From the NCBI GenBank assembly GCA_035473115.1, contig DATION010000005.1, positions 4,399 to 68,398 of the forward strand: DNA of 64,000 bases, in the 5' to 3' direction. Below the pieces are notes generated by a model, which saw only the letters and a list, made by a program, of their open reading frames with translations, was not told where the DNA came from and did not search any database. Shown here in pieces: positions 1 through 9,403 of this stretch. Source of the stretch: Candidatus Udaeobacter sp. Its GTDB lineage: Bacteria > Patescibacteriota > Patescibacteriia > Magasanikbacterales > GWA2-37-8. The translations under genes and the position numbers were made by a program. Within the stretch, counting starts at the first letter, position 1. Each line of letters begins with the position of its first letter.

Positions 1-2
1 TT

Positions 3-908
3 CACAAAAAATATGGCGGCGTAGTGCCAGAAATCGCAGGTCGGATGCATGCTGAAAAAATCGTGCCGCTTATCGATACCGCTTTAGCCGGACAAAAAAA
101 ACCGGATGCTATTGCGGTTACTGCCGGACCGGGATTAATTACCGGATTACTGGTTGGCGTGGAAGCGGCGCGAACCTTGTCTTATGCATTAAAGATTCCT
201 TTGATTAGAACTAATCATATAGAAGGCCATATTTATTCGGTAGAATTACAAGAAAAAAAATCATCAATTCAATTCCCTGCTTTATCACTAGTTGTCAGTG
301 GCGGCCATACCGAATTAATTTTGGCAAAAAAGCCAGGCCAATACAAACTGCTGGGAGCAACCAAAGACGATGCGGCCGGAGAATGTTTTGATAAAGTTGC
401 TAAACTGCTTGGACTTCCCTATCCGGGCGGACCGCAAATTTCTAAATTTGCTGAAACCGGAAATACCAAAACGATAAATTTTCCTCGACCGATGATGAGA
501 GAAGAAAATTACTTATTTAGTTTTGCCGGCTTAAAAACTTCCGCTTTATATTGGTTACGAGATAACAAATTAGACAATAAAATTACTATCAATGATTTTT
601 GCGCCAGTTTTGAACAAGCGATTATTGATGTTTTGGTTGCCAAAACAATTAAGGCTACTCAAGAGTATAAACCGAAAACAATAATTTTGGCCGGCGGTGT
701 CAGCGCCAACAAAAAGCTGCGCCAAACTTTAGAGCAAGTTGTGACTGAAAACTTTCCGGAAACTAATTTTATGCTTCCGCAAATGAAGTACGCAATGGAT
801 AATGGCGCGATGATCGCGGCAGCCGGGTACTACCATGCTTTAAAAAAAGATTTTACTTCTTGGCAAAAAATACAAGCTGACCCGAACTGGGAATTAACTA
901 TCAGATAA
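3..908 (+). CDS. tsaD: tRNA N6-adenosine threonylcarbamoyltransferase TsaD (5'-truncated by window edge)
   Basis: Frame is open from position 3 (HKKYGGVVPE); motifs GPGL, NHIEGH, VSGGHT, DDAAGECFDK, AGGVSAN and DNGAMIA. Confidence 0.96.
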   Translation, partial: HKKYGGVVPEIAGRMHAEKIVPLIDTALAGQKKPDAIAVTAGPGLITGLLVGVEAARTLSYALKIPLIRTNHIEGHIYSVELQEKKSSIQFPALSLVVSGGHTELILAKKPGQYKLLGATKDDAAGECFDKVAKLLGLPYPGGPQISKFAETGNTKTINFPRPMMREENYLFSFAGLKTSALYWLRDNKLDNKITINDFCASFEQAIIDVLVAKTIKATQEYKPKTIILAGGVSANKKLRQTLEQVVTENFPETNFMLPQMKYAMDNGAMIAAAGYYHALKKDFTSWQKIQADPNWELTIR

Positions 909-911
909 GAT

Positions 912-1005
912 TGTCATTCCGAACTTTGTGTGAGGAATCTATTCCATAAAGTATAGATCCCTCGTCACCCGCTCTTCGCGAAGAGCGGGTTAACTCGGGA
1001 TGACA
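912..1005 (+). repeat. Family A palindromic element (TGTCATTCC...GGGATGACA), copy A1
   Basis: Terminal inverted repeats plus internal hairpin ACCCGCTCTTCGCGAAGAGCGGGT; related copies at 4476, 37130 and 59733. Confidence 0.92.
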
Positions 1006-4000
1006 GTAAGCAATTCATCTTTTAACTCCTCGCAATCTTTAACCAAAAACGAGGTTTTAATTATTTTATCTTCAACTTTTAAAACCACCGGCTTATCCCC
1101 GGGATATTTTTTTAAAACACTTTTTATAGCATCAGCTTTATTTTTTAACTGCTCAGCGCTAACTATTATTTCAAAAGATTCATTTGCATCAAAAGAAACT
1201 TTTGATTCATCTGCTTCTTTTTTAGCATTATTTTGCGCGCCTACAGACATCTGCTTTGCCAAAATCGGAGCGTTTTCCGGCGTAAGCAAATAAGCTTTTT
1301 CTACAAACAACTTATCATCGCCTTCTTCTTCGGAAGTGCGGCCAATCACACAAACCGGTTTGCCTTCCACCCAAACATCAGCAGTAGTTTCATAAGTTTT
1401 CGGAAAGATTAACAACTCCAGATTGCTGGTAGTATCTAAAATTTTGGCAAACATCATGGCTTTGCCGCCGCGAGTGATTTTTTTCTTGGTTGAATCAATC
1501 ATACCCCCAACCACCACCCATTGATTTCTGGACTGACTGGACAAATCTTTAAGCGGAGTCAAAACATCCTTCATTATCTTTTGATAAATTGTAAACGGAT
1601 GCGAAGTAACATACAGACCAAGCAGTTCTTTTTCCCATAAGAGCTTTTCATCTTCACTAGCATTGGGCGCTGAGGCTAATTGAATTTTGGCAGACATATC
1701 TATATTGGTGCCGGCAAATAAAGAATTTTGATTGGCAGGACTTTTTTCATGAATCTGTTTAATAAAAGCCAAAATATTTTCTATATTCCCGGCCAAATAA
1801 CCGCGATCATAACCAAAACAATCCAATGCGCCGCATTTTATCAAACTTTCCAAAGATTTTTTATTCAAATCTCTATCCTGTACTCGGGTAAGCAAATCTT
1901 GCAAATTTTTATATTTACCATTGGCTTTGCGTTCACGATAAATAGCTTCGGCAATATGTTCACCCAGGTTTTTAATGCCATTTAAACCAAAACGGATATG
2001 CGGTTGCGATCCATCTTCGGGAGAAATCATCGCAAAATTCTTAAAGCTTTCGTTGATGTCCGGCGGCAAAACTTTTACTCCCATTCTTTCCGCTTCATAG
2101 ATAACTTCCGGTACTTTATCAATATCACCGCTTTCGGCAATCAAAATAGCGGTCATATATTGCACTGGAAAATTGGCTTTTAGATAAGCGGTCTGATAAG
2201 CCACCACCGCATAACTGGCCGCATGAGCTTTGTTAAAACCATAAGCGGCAAATGGTTCGATGCGCTGCCAAAGATTATTAATCTTCTCCGGCGGCAACTT
2301 GCCAATTTCTTTGGCGCCTTTATAAAACTTTTCTTTCTGCTTAGCCATTTCTTCGGGAATCTTCTTACCCATCGCTTTGCGGAATTTATCGGCTTCTTCC
2401 CAGTTATAACCGGCCAAATTTATCGCTGTAAGCAACACATCGTCTTGATAAACAATTAATCCCAAAGACTGATCCAGATAATCTTTCATTCTCGGATCTT
2501 CGTATTCTATCAACTGCGGATTATTTTTTCTTTGAATATAATCGGGGATAGAATCCATTGGGCCGGGGCGAAACAAAGCCACCATCGCCATGATATCAAA
2601 AATTGAAGTGGGTTTAAGTTCTTTTAAATATCTGGTCATGCCGGAACTGGCCAGCTGAAACACACCAACAGTTTCACCGCGCGCCAACATTTCATAAGTT
2701 TTTTTATCATCCCATGGATACAAATTGTGCACATCAATTTTTTTACCGGTTGTTTTGGCAATAATTTCTACGGCGTGACCTAAAATTGATAAATTGCGAA
2801 TACCCAAAAAATCCATCTTCAAAACTCCGGCTGCTTCCACCGAATGCATTTCGTATTGAGTAATTATTCTTTCACCGCCCGTTTCCAGCTGCACGGGAGT
2901 AAAATCAGTCAAAGGAGTCGGCGAAATAACTACCCCGGCCGCGTGAATAGAAGTATGCCGAGCACAGCCTTCTACTTTTTGCGCCAAGTCCAGCAAACGT
3001 TTGACATCGGCATTTTTTTCATATAACTTTTTTAATTCCGGTTCCAGGTTCAAAGCTTTAGCAATAGTCATCTGAAAACCTTGGGCGCCAAAAGGAATAA
3101 GTTTGGAGACTTGATCACAAAAAGAGTATGGAAAACCCAAAGCTCGCCCCACATCTCGCACTGCTCCGCGCGCGGCCATCGTACCAAAAGTAATAATTTG
3201 CGCCACTTTATCGGCCCCGTATTTTTTAGTTACATAAGCAATCATTTCGTCACGCTTATCATCGGCAAAATCACCATCCACATCCGGCGGGCTAGGACGA
3301 AACGGATTTAAAAATCTTTCAAAAGGAAGTTTAAAAAACAAAGGGTTAACTGTCACAATACCCATAGCATACGAAACTATAGATCCTGCCGCAGATCCTC
3401 TGGTTGTAACCATAATATTGTTATTGCGAGCATAACCAATATAATCAGCTACGGTTAAAAAATACGGCGAGTAGCCTTTGGTCGCGATAATATCCAATTC
3501 ATAATCGACGCGCTTTCTCACTTCATCCGTTATTTCTAGTAATTTTGGCAATTTTTCATATACTTGTTCGCGCAAATACTCATTAGCTGTTTTCCCTTCC
3601 GGAATTTCTATGGCCGGAAAGTGCCACTTGTTTAATTCTAAAACCAAATTGGCACGCTCAGCTATTTTTACGGTATTAGTAATTGCTTCCGGCGTATGTT
3701 TAAAACGATTAATAATATCTTTTGCCGGAGCCAAAGAACAATCAAAGCCGCTCATACTCATACGATTTTCTTCATCCAGCGTCCGGCCGTCTCTGATACA
3801 AGTCAAAATATCTTGCGCTTCGGCATCTTCCGGTTCTAAGTAATGTGAATCGCGAGTAACAATTAACGGAATGCCGGTGTCTTTAGATAGTTGAGCAAGT
3901 TTTGTATTCAATTCCATCTGTCCTTCCAGACCGGGCAGATCCATCATTTCCAAATAAAAATTTCCTTTACCAAAAATTTCTTCGTATTCTAAAGCAACTT

Positions 4001-4466
4001 TTTTAGCTTTGGCATAATTATCTTCTTTGCGTAAAATCCAAGGAATTTCTCCGCTAAAACAGGCCGAAGAAGCAACTAAGCCTTCATGGTATTGTTTTAA
4101 TAATTCTTTATCAATTCTTGGTTTATAATAAAAACCTTCCAAGTTAGACAGAGAAGAAAGTTTCATTAAATTTTTGTAGCCCGTATAATCTAAAGCTAAT
4201 AAAATAAGATGATAATATTTATCGTCTTTATCTTTATCAAAACGGCTACCCGGAGCCAAGTAGGCTTCCATGCCGATAATTGGTTTTATTCCCTCTTTTT
4301 GGCAGCACTCATAAAATTCAATGGCGCCATACATATTGCCATGATCGGTCAGCGCCAAAGCTTTATAACCTAAACTTTTGGCTTTAGACACCAAATCAGG
4401 AATTTTGGATAATCCGTCTAAAAGAGAATAATGGGAGTGAACGTGAAGATGGACAAAATCAGACAT
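990..4466 (-). CDS. dnaE: DNA polymerase III alpha subunit
   Basis: PHP domain (FVHLHVHSHYSLLDG, TDHG), RGSAAGS, PDVDGD, FNKAHA and C-terminal OB fold; start placed at MSDFVHLH (4466) because the upstream extension is repeat A2. Confidence 0.97.
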   Translation of the reverse strand: MSDFVHLHVHSHYSLLDGLSKIPDLVSKAKSLGYKALALTDHGNMYGAIEFYECCQKEGIKPIIGMEAYLAPGSRFDKDKDDKYYHLILLALDYTGYKNLMKLSSLSNLEGFYYKPRIDKELLKQYHEGLVASSACFSGEIPWILRKEDNYAKAKKVALEYEEIFGKGNFYLEMMDLPGLEGQMELNTKLAQLSKDTGIPLIVTRDSHYLEPEDAEAQDILTCIRDGRTLDEENRMSMSGFDCSLAPAKDIINRFKHTPEAITNTVKIAERANLVLELNKWHFPAIEIPEGKTANEYLREQVYEKLPKLLEITDEVRKRVDYELDIIATKGYSPYFLTVADYIGYARNNNIMVTTRGSAAGSIVSYAMGIVTVNPLFFKLPFERFLNPFRPSPPDVDGDFADDKRDEMIAYVTKKYGADKVAQIITFGTMAARGAVRDVGRALGFPYSFCDQVSKLIPFGAQGFQMTIAKALNLEPELKKLYEKNADVKRLLDLAQKVEGCARHTSIHAAGVVISPTPLTDFTPVQLETGGERIITQYEMHSVEAAGVLKMDFLGIRNLSILGHAVEIIAKTTGKKIDVHNLYPWDDKKTYEMLARGETVGVFQLASSGMTRYLKELKPTSIFDIMAMVALFRPGPMDSIPDYIQRKNNPQLIEYEDPRMKDYLDQSLGLIVYQDDVLLTAINLAGYNWEEADKFRKAMGKKIPEEMAKQKEKFYKGAKEIGKLPPEKINNLWQRIEPFAAYGFNKAHAASYAVVAYQTAYLKANFPVQYMTAILIAESGDIDKVPEVIYEAERMGVKVLPPDINESFKNFAMISPEDGSQPHIRFGLNGIKNLGEHIAEAIYRERKANGKYKNLQDLLTRVQDRDLNKKSLESLIKCGALDCFGYDRGYLAGNIENILAFIKQIHEKSPANQNSLFAGTNIDMSAKIQLASAPNASEDEKLLWEKELLGLYVTSHPFTIYQKIMKDVLTPLKDLSSQSRNQWVVVGGMIDSTKKKITRGGKAMMFAKILDTTSNLELLIFPKTYETTADVWVEGKPVCVIGRTSEEEGDDKLFVEKAYLLTPENAPILAKQMSVGAQNNAKKEADESKVSFDANESFEIIVSAEQLKNKADAIKSVLKKYPGDKPVVLKVEDKIIKTSFLVKDCEELKDELLTVIPS

Positions 4467-4475
4467 ACTATTGGT

Positions 4476-4588
4476 TGTCATCCCGAGTGAACCCGCTCTT
4501 CGCGAAGGGCGGGTGACGAGGGATCTATACCGAATTATTAAATAATAATGTATAGATTCCTCACCCACTATGGGGATTCGGAATGACA
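4476..4588 (-). repeat. Family A palindromic element, copy A2 (inverted relative to A1)
   Basis: Reverse complement reads TGTCATTCCGAATCCCC...TGAGGAATCTAT...TAGATCCCTCGTCACCCGCCCTTCGCGAAGAGCGGGTTCACTCGGGATGACA. Confidence 0.92.
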
Positions 4589-4612
4589 GTTTATAAGCTT
4601 ATTAACTCGCCT

Positions 4613-4641
4613 ATCTTACCTTAAACTAAAAACAAAATCAA
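4613..4641 (-). promoter_or_regulatory. Putative sigma70 promoter of dnaE
   Basis: TTGATT-17 nt-TAAGAT on the minus strand. Confidence 0.45.
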
Positions 4642-4678
4642 CGAAAATTTGGCTTTCAAAAACCTACTCTATATAATC

Positions 4679-4716
4679 AAAAAACCCTCGAACCAATGCA
4701 AGCAAAGGTCCGAGGG
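4679..4716 (-). terminator. Intrinsic terminator after orphan 4781..5275
   Basis: Minus strand CCCTCGGACC-loop-GGTTCGAGGG followed by a T run. Confidence 0.7.
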
Positions 4717-4780
4717 CCGAATCGCGTGTAGATATGACTCTACACCCGGGTCTGGTTGGACTACTGCTTAGTTAGAGCGG

Positions 4781-5275
4781 TTAGCCCGTTGCTTGAAATT
4801 TGAAGATCTGTTTACAGGCTGGAGACGGTGCGGAGGAAGGAGTTCCATCATTATTGAAGCCGTAAGCTTCTATAGTGAACTCAGCACCTTTTCCAAGTCT
4901 GCCCTGGATATGCCAGAACTCCAAGACCTTGTCGTTAATGCCACCGGGATACAGGATCCAACTTTCGAAGGTGGCGTCTTTGTGAACTAGGACTTTTGGG
5001 AAACTGAATACCCATTGAGGTAAGTCTGTTTTGGGATTGAATATCAGCAAGGCTATGTCGTTGATACGACTATCCACCTTTTCCCGATTTTCCTCGACCC
5101 GCAGCTGTCCACTTTGGACATAAACAGCTCCGTTATCTTCGATGAATCCGTCACAGACAGAGTAAGAGGAAACATCTCCTTTGGCTCCCGAAAGAATGGT
5201 CACTGACGAATCAGACTGACCATTGAGGCAAGCGCCAAAGAACAAACTGAGCAAAACAATCATACGCTGCCACAT
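4781..5275 (-). CDS. Hypothetical exported/lipoprotein-like orphan
   Basis: 164 aa, hydrophobic N-terminus ending FFGAC (possible lipobox), strong SD AAGGAGG, own promoter and terminator. Confidence 0.7.
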   Translation of the reverse strand: MWQRMIVLLSLFFGACLNGQSDSSVTILSGAKGDVSSYSVCDGFIEDNGAVYVQSGQLRVEENREKVDSRINDIALLIFNPKTDLPQWVFSFPKVLVHKDATFESWILYPGGINDKVLEFWHIQGRLGKGAEFTIEAYGFNNDGTPSSAPSPACKQIFKFQATG

Positions 5276-5340
5276 CGCGACCCTCCTTTAAATTTAACCT
5301 AACCCTTACCCAGACACCATGTCCAGTTAAAGGATTGATT

Positions 5341-5369
5341 ATCCTAAAACAAAAACGATCACCTGTCAA
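5341..5369 (-). promoter_or_regulatory. Sigma70 promoter of orphan 4781..5275
   Basis: TTGACA-17 nt-TAGGAT on the minus strand. Confidence 0.65.
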
Positions 5370-5402
5370 TGATCGAATTTGATTAATATAATTAATGATT
5401 TT

Positions 5403-5789
5403 TTATTTCTTCAAATGCTTGGCAGTGGTTCTCATTTTTTTGGCTGTTGCCTCGACTGCTTTATCGACAGCTTCTTTGGCCGCTGTATTCATTTTACCGG
5501 ATTCTTTGTTTATAAAAGCTTTAGCTTTTCTGCTTACCATATCTGTTACCATTCCTGCCATTCCGCCTCCGGCCATGTTTAATAAATTATGAATATTTTC
5601 TACTTTGCCGCGCACATAATTTATCGCTTCAGTCAAAATCTGCAAACGAGAGCGAAATTCTTCAGCGATTTCATTGGCATTTTTTAAAATTCTGGTAACG
5701 TAATAAAACATCCAGCACAAAAATACTGTAATCCACAAAACACAGAAGGCGATTACCAGATATAAGATATCTTTTGATGATTCAAACAT
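5403..5789 (-). CDS. Hypothetical single-pass membrane protein with coiled-coil C-terminus
   Basis: TM segment ILYLVIAFCVLWITVFLCWMFYY; start placed at MFESSKD after GGAGGG. Confidence 0.75.
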   Translation of the reverse strand: MFESSKDILYLVIAFCVLWITVFLCWMFYYVTRILKNANEIAEEFRSRLQILTEAINYVRGKVENIHNLLNMAGGGMAGMVTDMVSRKAKAFINKESGKMNTAAKEAVDKAVEATAKKMRTTAKHLKK

Positions 5790-5853
5790 ATTCCCCTCCA
5801 AATTAAAAATTAAGCTGTGTATATTATAACACAAATTAATTTTTTCTACAAAG

Positions 5854-8367
5854 CTACCTTACTTCCGCGCCAAATTTTTCTCTCAAGATTTTAATTATTT
5901 CATTATGAACCTTATCAACTTCTTCGGTCACCAGAGTGCGTTCTCGATTTTGATACACGAAATGATAGGCCATGCTCTTGTAATTATCTCCCACACCTTT
6001 GCCTTCATAAACATCAAACAACTCTACCGACTGTAAAAGCGGATTGACTGCCGAAAGAGCGGCCATAATATCGCCATGGTTTATATTTTTCTTAACCGAA
6101 ATCGCCAAGTCTCTTTCTACGATTGGAAATTCCACCAGCGCGGAATATTTTTCCCCGGCTGCCGGCAAATCAACCACCATACTCAGATTTATTTTTACTA
6201 CTGCCACTCGTCCATCTAAACCAAAATTTTCTATTACTTGCGGATGCAGTTCATAAACAGAACCGACTATTTTTTCTCCCACTGCCAAACTAACTGAGCG
6301 AGTCGGATGGCGGCCAATACCGCCCGCATCTGATTTGGAAACTTCTAAACCAGGCAAAACTGTCTTGGCTAAAATATCTACCACTTCTCTGGCCTGCCAA
6401 AAAGGCGCATTATTTTTTTTCTCCAAACAGACGGCTGTTAGCCAAGTATCCTGGCCAGGCAACAAGCTGTCTTTGTTTGACTCAACTCGCAAACCTGGGT
6501 TTTCGCCGCGAAATACTTTGCCGATTTCAAATAGATTTAATCTGTCTCGTCCAGCTTGGTTATTCTCTAAATTTTCCAATAAATTTAATAATAAACAACG
6601 ACGCAAATATGGCTTTTCTTTTGATAACGGATTGTCCAGCTGCAAATATCTATCCGGGTTGTCGGTCATTTTTGCTATCTGCGCTCCGCTGACAAAAGAA
6701 TAATTATATACTTCGGTATAAGCCAAAGAATTAACCAAAATATTTTTGCATTGTCTTTCCAACTGTCTCAATTTATTTTCTTCAGGCGGATCAATAAAAA
6801 ACTCCGGCAGCTGCGGCGCAATTTTTTCATAGCCATAGATACGAACTACTTCTTCCACCAAATCTTCAGGAATAGAAATATCTTTGGTAGCTCGCCAGGT
6901 AGGAATCTTTACTTTAAATTCATCGCCGCTGGTTTTTATTTCAAAACCTAAATGTTCCAAAATTTTTATAATTTCTTTTTTAGCCAGCTTAACACCGATT
7001 TTTTTATGGAAGAAATCTAGACTAATAGCCAGCGGGCCTTGCTGTAAATTAAATTTAGCTTCATCAACAACTTTACTGACTACTTTGGCTTGCGGACAGC
7101 ATTCCACAATTAATTCCACAGCTCGCTCCAGAGCCAAAGCTGCCAAATTTGGATCTAAACTTTTTTCAAAGCGCGCTGAAGAATCGGTGCGCAAACCAAG
7201 CTTGGCCGAAGTTTTTCGGATAGAAGCGGCTTCAAAATTGGCTGATTCAAAAATAATTGTTTTAGTTCCATCGGTAATTCCGGAATCTAATCCGCCTTTT
7301 ATTCCGGCAATAGCTAAATTTTTATCTTTATCGCCAATCATTAACATTGAACTATCCAAATTTCTCTTTAGACCATCTAAGGTAACAAACTCTTCTCCAT
7401 CTTTTGCCTTGCGGACAACTATAGTAGAATTTGTAATTTTAGACGCATCAAAAGCATGCATCGGCTGACCCATATCAAGCATTATATAATTGGTAATATC
7501 CACAATATTATTTATCGATCTCTGCCCCACAGCTAGTAAAGCTTTCTGCAGCCACTGCGGAGATGGCTCTACACTTACCCCGGAAACTGCCACCGCCATA
7601 TAGCGCGGACATAATTTAGTGTCTTCAACTTCTACTTTTAAATTTATTTCTTTACTAGGCTTGATTTTGCCAGTTTTAAATTCTTTTAATTTTTTATTAA
7701 AAAGCACCGCCACCTCGCGGGCAATCCCATAATGTCCCCACAGATCCGGGCGATTACTTAAAGATTTATTATCTATTTCCAAAATTGAATCATCCAATCC
7801 CAAAGCTTCAGCCAGCGGACGGCCAACAAATTTATCTTTGTGGGAAGCCAGGTGCGGCGCGACAAAACCTTTGTTAGTACTGCCTAGTCCATGCGGCTGC
7901 TTGGCTTTGCCCACAATAAAAGATAGGTCTAAAATTTCTTTTTCATCCCGCAAAGGGAACATGCCTCCCAAACCGATTTCGGTAGAGGCGCAGATCATGC
8001 CCGCAGATTCTATTCCCCGAATAGCGGTCGGTTTTAATTCTATCAACTCGCCTTCGCCATGCCATTTTACTTTGGCGCCCACTTTGGCCAGAGCCACCAG
8101 CATTCCATCTTTTACATTGCTGCCGCCGCAAATAATCTGTAATTGCTCGTTACCAACATCGGCTTTGCATAATTTTAATTTATCGGCGTTGGGATGTTTT
8201 TCGCAGGTTATAATTTTACCCACGACAATATTTTCCAGGTTTTTGCCTTGAACTTCTATGCCTTCAACTTCTACGGTACTAGCCTTTAATTTTTCAGCCA
8301 CTTCCGCAGCCGAAATTGAATCAGGTAGATTAACGTATTTTTTTAGCCAATTGTAAGAAATTAACAT
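5854..8367 (-). CDS. pheT: Phenylalanine--tRNA ligase beta subunit
   Basis: HPNADKL, NRPDLWGHYGIAREV, NNIVDITNYIM, QPMHAFD, RFEK and FDX-ACB C-terminus; follows pheS. Confidence 0.97.
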   Translation of the reverse strand: MLISYNWLKKYVNLPDSISAAEVAEKLKASTVEVEGIEVQGKNLENIVVGKIITCEKHPNADKLKLCKADVGNEQLQIICGGSNVKDGMLVALAKVGAKVKWHGEGELIELKPTAIRGIESAGMICASTEIGLGGMFPLRDEKEILDLSFIVGKAKQPHGLGSTNKGFVAPHLASHKDKFVGRPLAEALGLDDSILEIDNKSLSNRPDLWGHYGIAREVAVLFNKKLKEFKTGKIKPSKEINLKVEVEDTKLCPRYMAVAVSGVSVEPSPQWLQKALLAVGQRSINNIVDITNYIMLDMGQPMHAFDASKITNSTIVVRKAKDGEEFVTLDGLKRNLDSSMLMIGDKDKNLAIAGIKGGLDSGITDGTKTIIFESANFEAASIRKTSAKLGLRTDSSARFEKSLDPNLAALALERAVELIVECCPQAKVVSKVVDEAKFNLQQGPLAISLDFFHKKIGVKLAKKEIIKILEHLGFEIKTSGDEFKVKIPTWRATKDISIPEDLVEEVVRIYGYEKIAPQLPEFFIDPPEENKLRQLERQCKNILVNSLAYTEVYNYSFVSGAQIAKMTDNPDRYLQLDNPLSKEKPYLRRCLLLNLLENLENNQAGRDRLNLFEIGKVFRGENPGLRVESNKDSLLPGQDTWLTAVCLEKKNNAPFWQAREVVDILAKTVLPGLEVSKSDAGGIGRHPTRSVSLAVGEKIVGSVYELHPQVIENFGLDGRVAVVKINLSMVVDLPAAGEKYSALVEFPIVERDLAISVKKNINHGDIMAALSAVNPLLQSVELFDVYEGKGVGDNYKSMAYHFVYQNRERTLVTEEVDKVHNEIIKILREKFGAEVR
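7831..7920. repeat. Palindromic segment inside pheT (putative in-frame insertion)
   Basis: TTGTGGG/CCCACAA and AAGCCA/TGGCTT stems coincide with extra peptide VGKAKQPHGLGSTNKGFVAPHLASHKDK. Confidence 0.6.
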
Positions 8368-8370
8368 ATT

Positions 8371-9402
8371 TTAAAATTGTTCCAAAAATTTCATGTTGCC
8401 GCTTTCCAAGAGCCGCACATCTTCTATGCCATACTTAAGCATCACCATACGAGTCAAACCAAAACCAAAAGCAAAACCTTGATACTCATTTGGATCAATG
8501 CCGCCGGCGCGCAACACATTAGGATGAATCATGCCGCCTGGCATTGCTTCTAGCCAACCGGAATTTTTGCATACCCGACAGCCTTTGCCAGCGCAGATAA
8601 AACAGGTTACTTCTCCGCGCACGCCCGGCTCCACGAACGGATAATATTTTGGCATGAGACGAATTTTGGTATCTTTGCCAAACAGATGATCGGCCACTGC
8701 CTGAAACACGCCTTTCATGTGACTAAAATTTATTTTTTTATCAATCACTACGCCGTCAAGCTGATAAAAAGTATGTTCATGCCGCGGATCAGTTGATTCG
8801 TTGCGATAACATTTGCCCGGCACAATGGCCCGCAGCGGCGCGCCATATTTTTGCATGGCTCGCACCTGAACTGAAGTGGTATGAGTACGCATTACCCAAT
8901 CAGCATTGCCTTTGATATAAAAAGTATCCTGCATATCTCGAGCCGGATGAGTTTCGGGAATATTTAAAGCGGTAAAATTATAAAAATCACTTTCTAGTTC
9001 CGGACCGTCAAGCACCATAAAACCCATGGAGGTAAAAAAATCTTCCAAGTCATCCTGAATTAAAGTATTGGGATGAAAATGGCCAATCGCTTTTTTTGGC
9101 AAAGCTGGCTGAGTAATATCGACTCTTTCTTTTTCTAACATTTCATTAAGTCCGGCGGCCGAGAGTTCTTTTTTCTTAGCGGCTAAAGCGTCCTCAATTT
9201 CTTTTTTCACTTCGTTGGCCAAACGGCCAGTTTCTTTTCTGGCATCGTCGCTTAAATCTTTTAAACCTTTTAACAGATTGGTCAGCTCACCGCCACTACG
9301 CCCCAGAAGCTTAATTTCTAATTCTTCCAGCTGCATTTTATCTTTTATGGATTGCAAAGCCAACAGCGCTTCGGTTTTTAGTTGTGCGAATTTTGATTGC
9401 AT
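8371..9402 (-). CDS. pheS: Phenylalanine--tRNA ligase alpha subunit
   Basis: HPARDMQDTFY, RTHTTSVQ, YPFVEP and GFAFGFG motifs. Confidence 0.97.
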   Translation of the reverse strand: MQSKFAQLKTEALLALQSIKDKMQLEELEIKLLGRSGGELTNLLKGLKDLSDDARKETGRLANEVKKEIEDALAAKKKELSAAGLNEMLEKERVDITQPALPKKAIGHFHPNTLIQDDLEDFFTSMGFMVLDGPELESDFYNFTALNIPETHPARDMQDTFYIKGNADWVMRTHTTSVQVRAMQKYGAPLRAIVPGKCYRNESTDPRHEHTFYQLDGVVIDKKINFSHMKGVFQAVADHLFGKDTKIRLMPKYYPFVEPGVRGEVTCFICAGKGCRVCKNSGWLEAMPGGMIHPNVLRAGGIDPNEYQGFAFGFGLTRMVMLKYGIEDVRLLESGNMKFLEQF

Positions 9403-9403
9403 A

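Noticed and set aside
4467-4568. N-terminal extension of DnaE in the ORF track (MGEESIH...RRAGSLGMT)
   Set aside because: It is read-through of repeat A2; homology starts at MSDFVHLH. The MTNTLY extension of NusG likewise starts inside A3.
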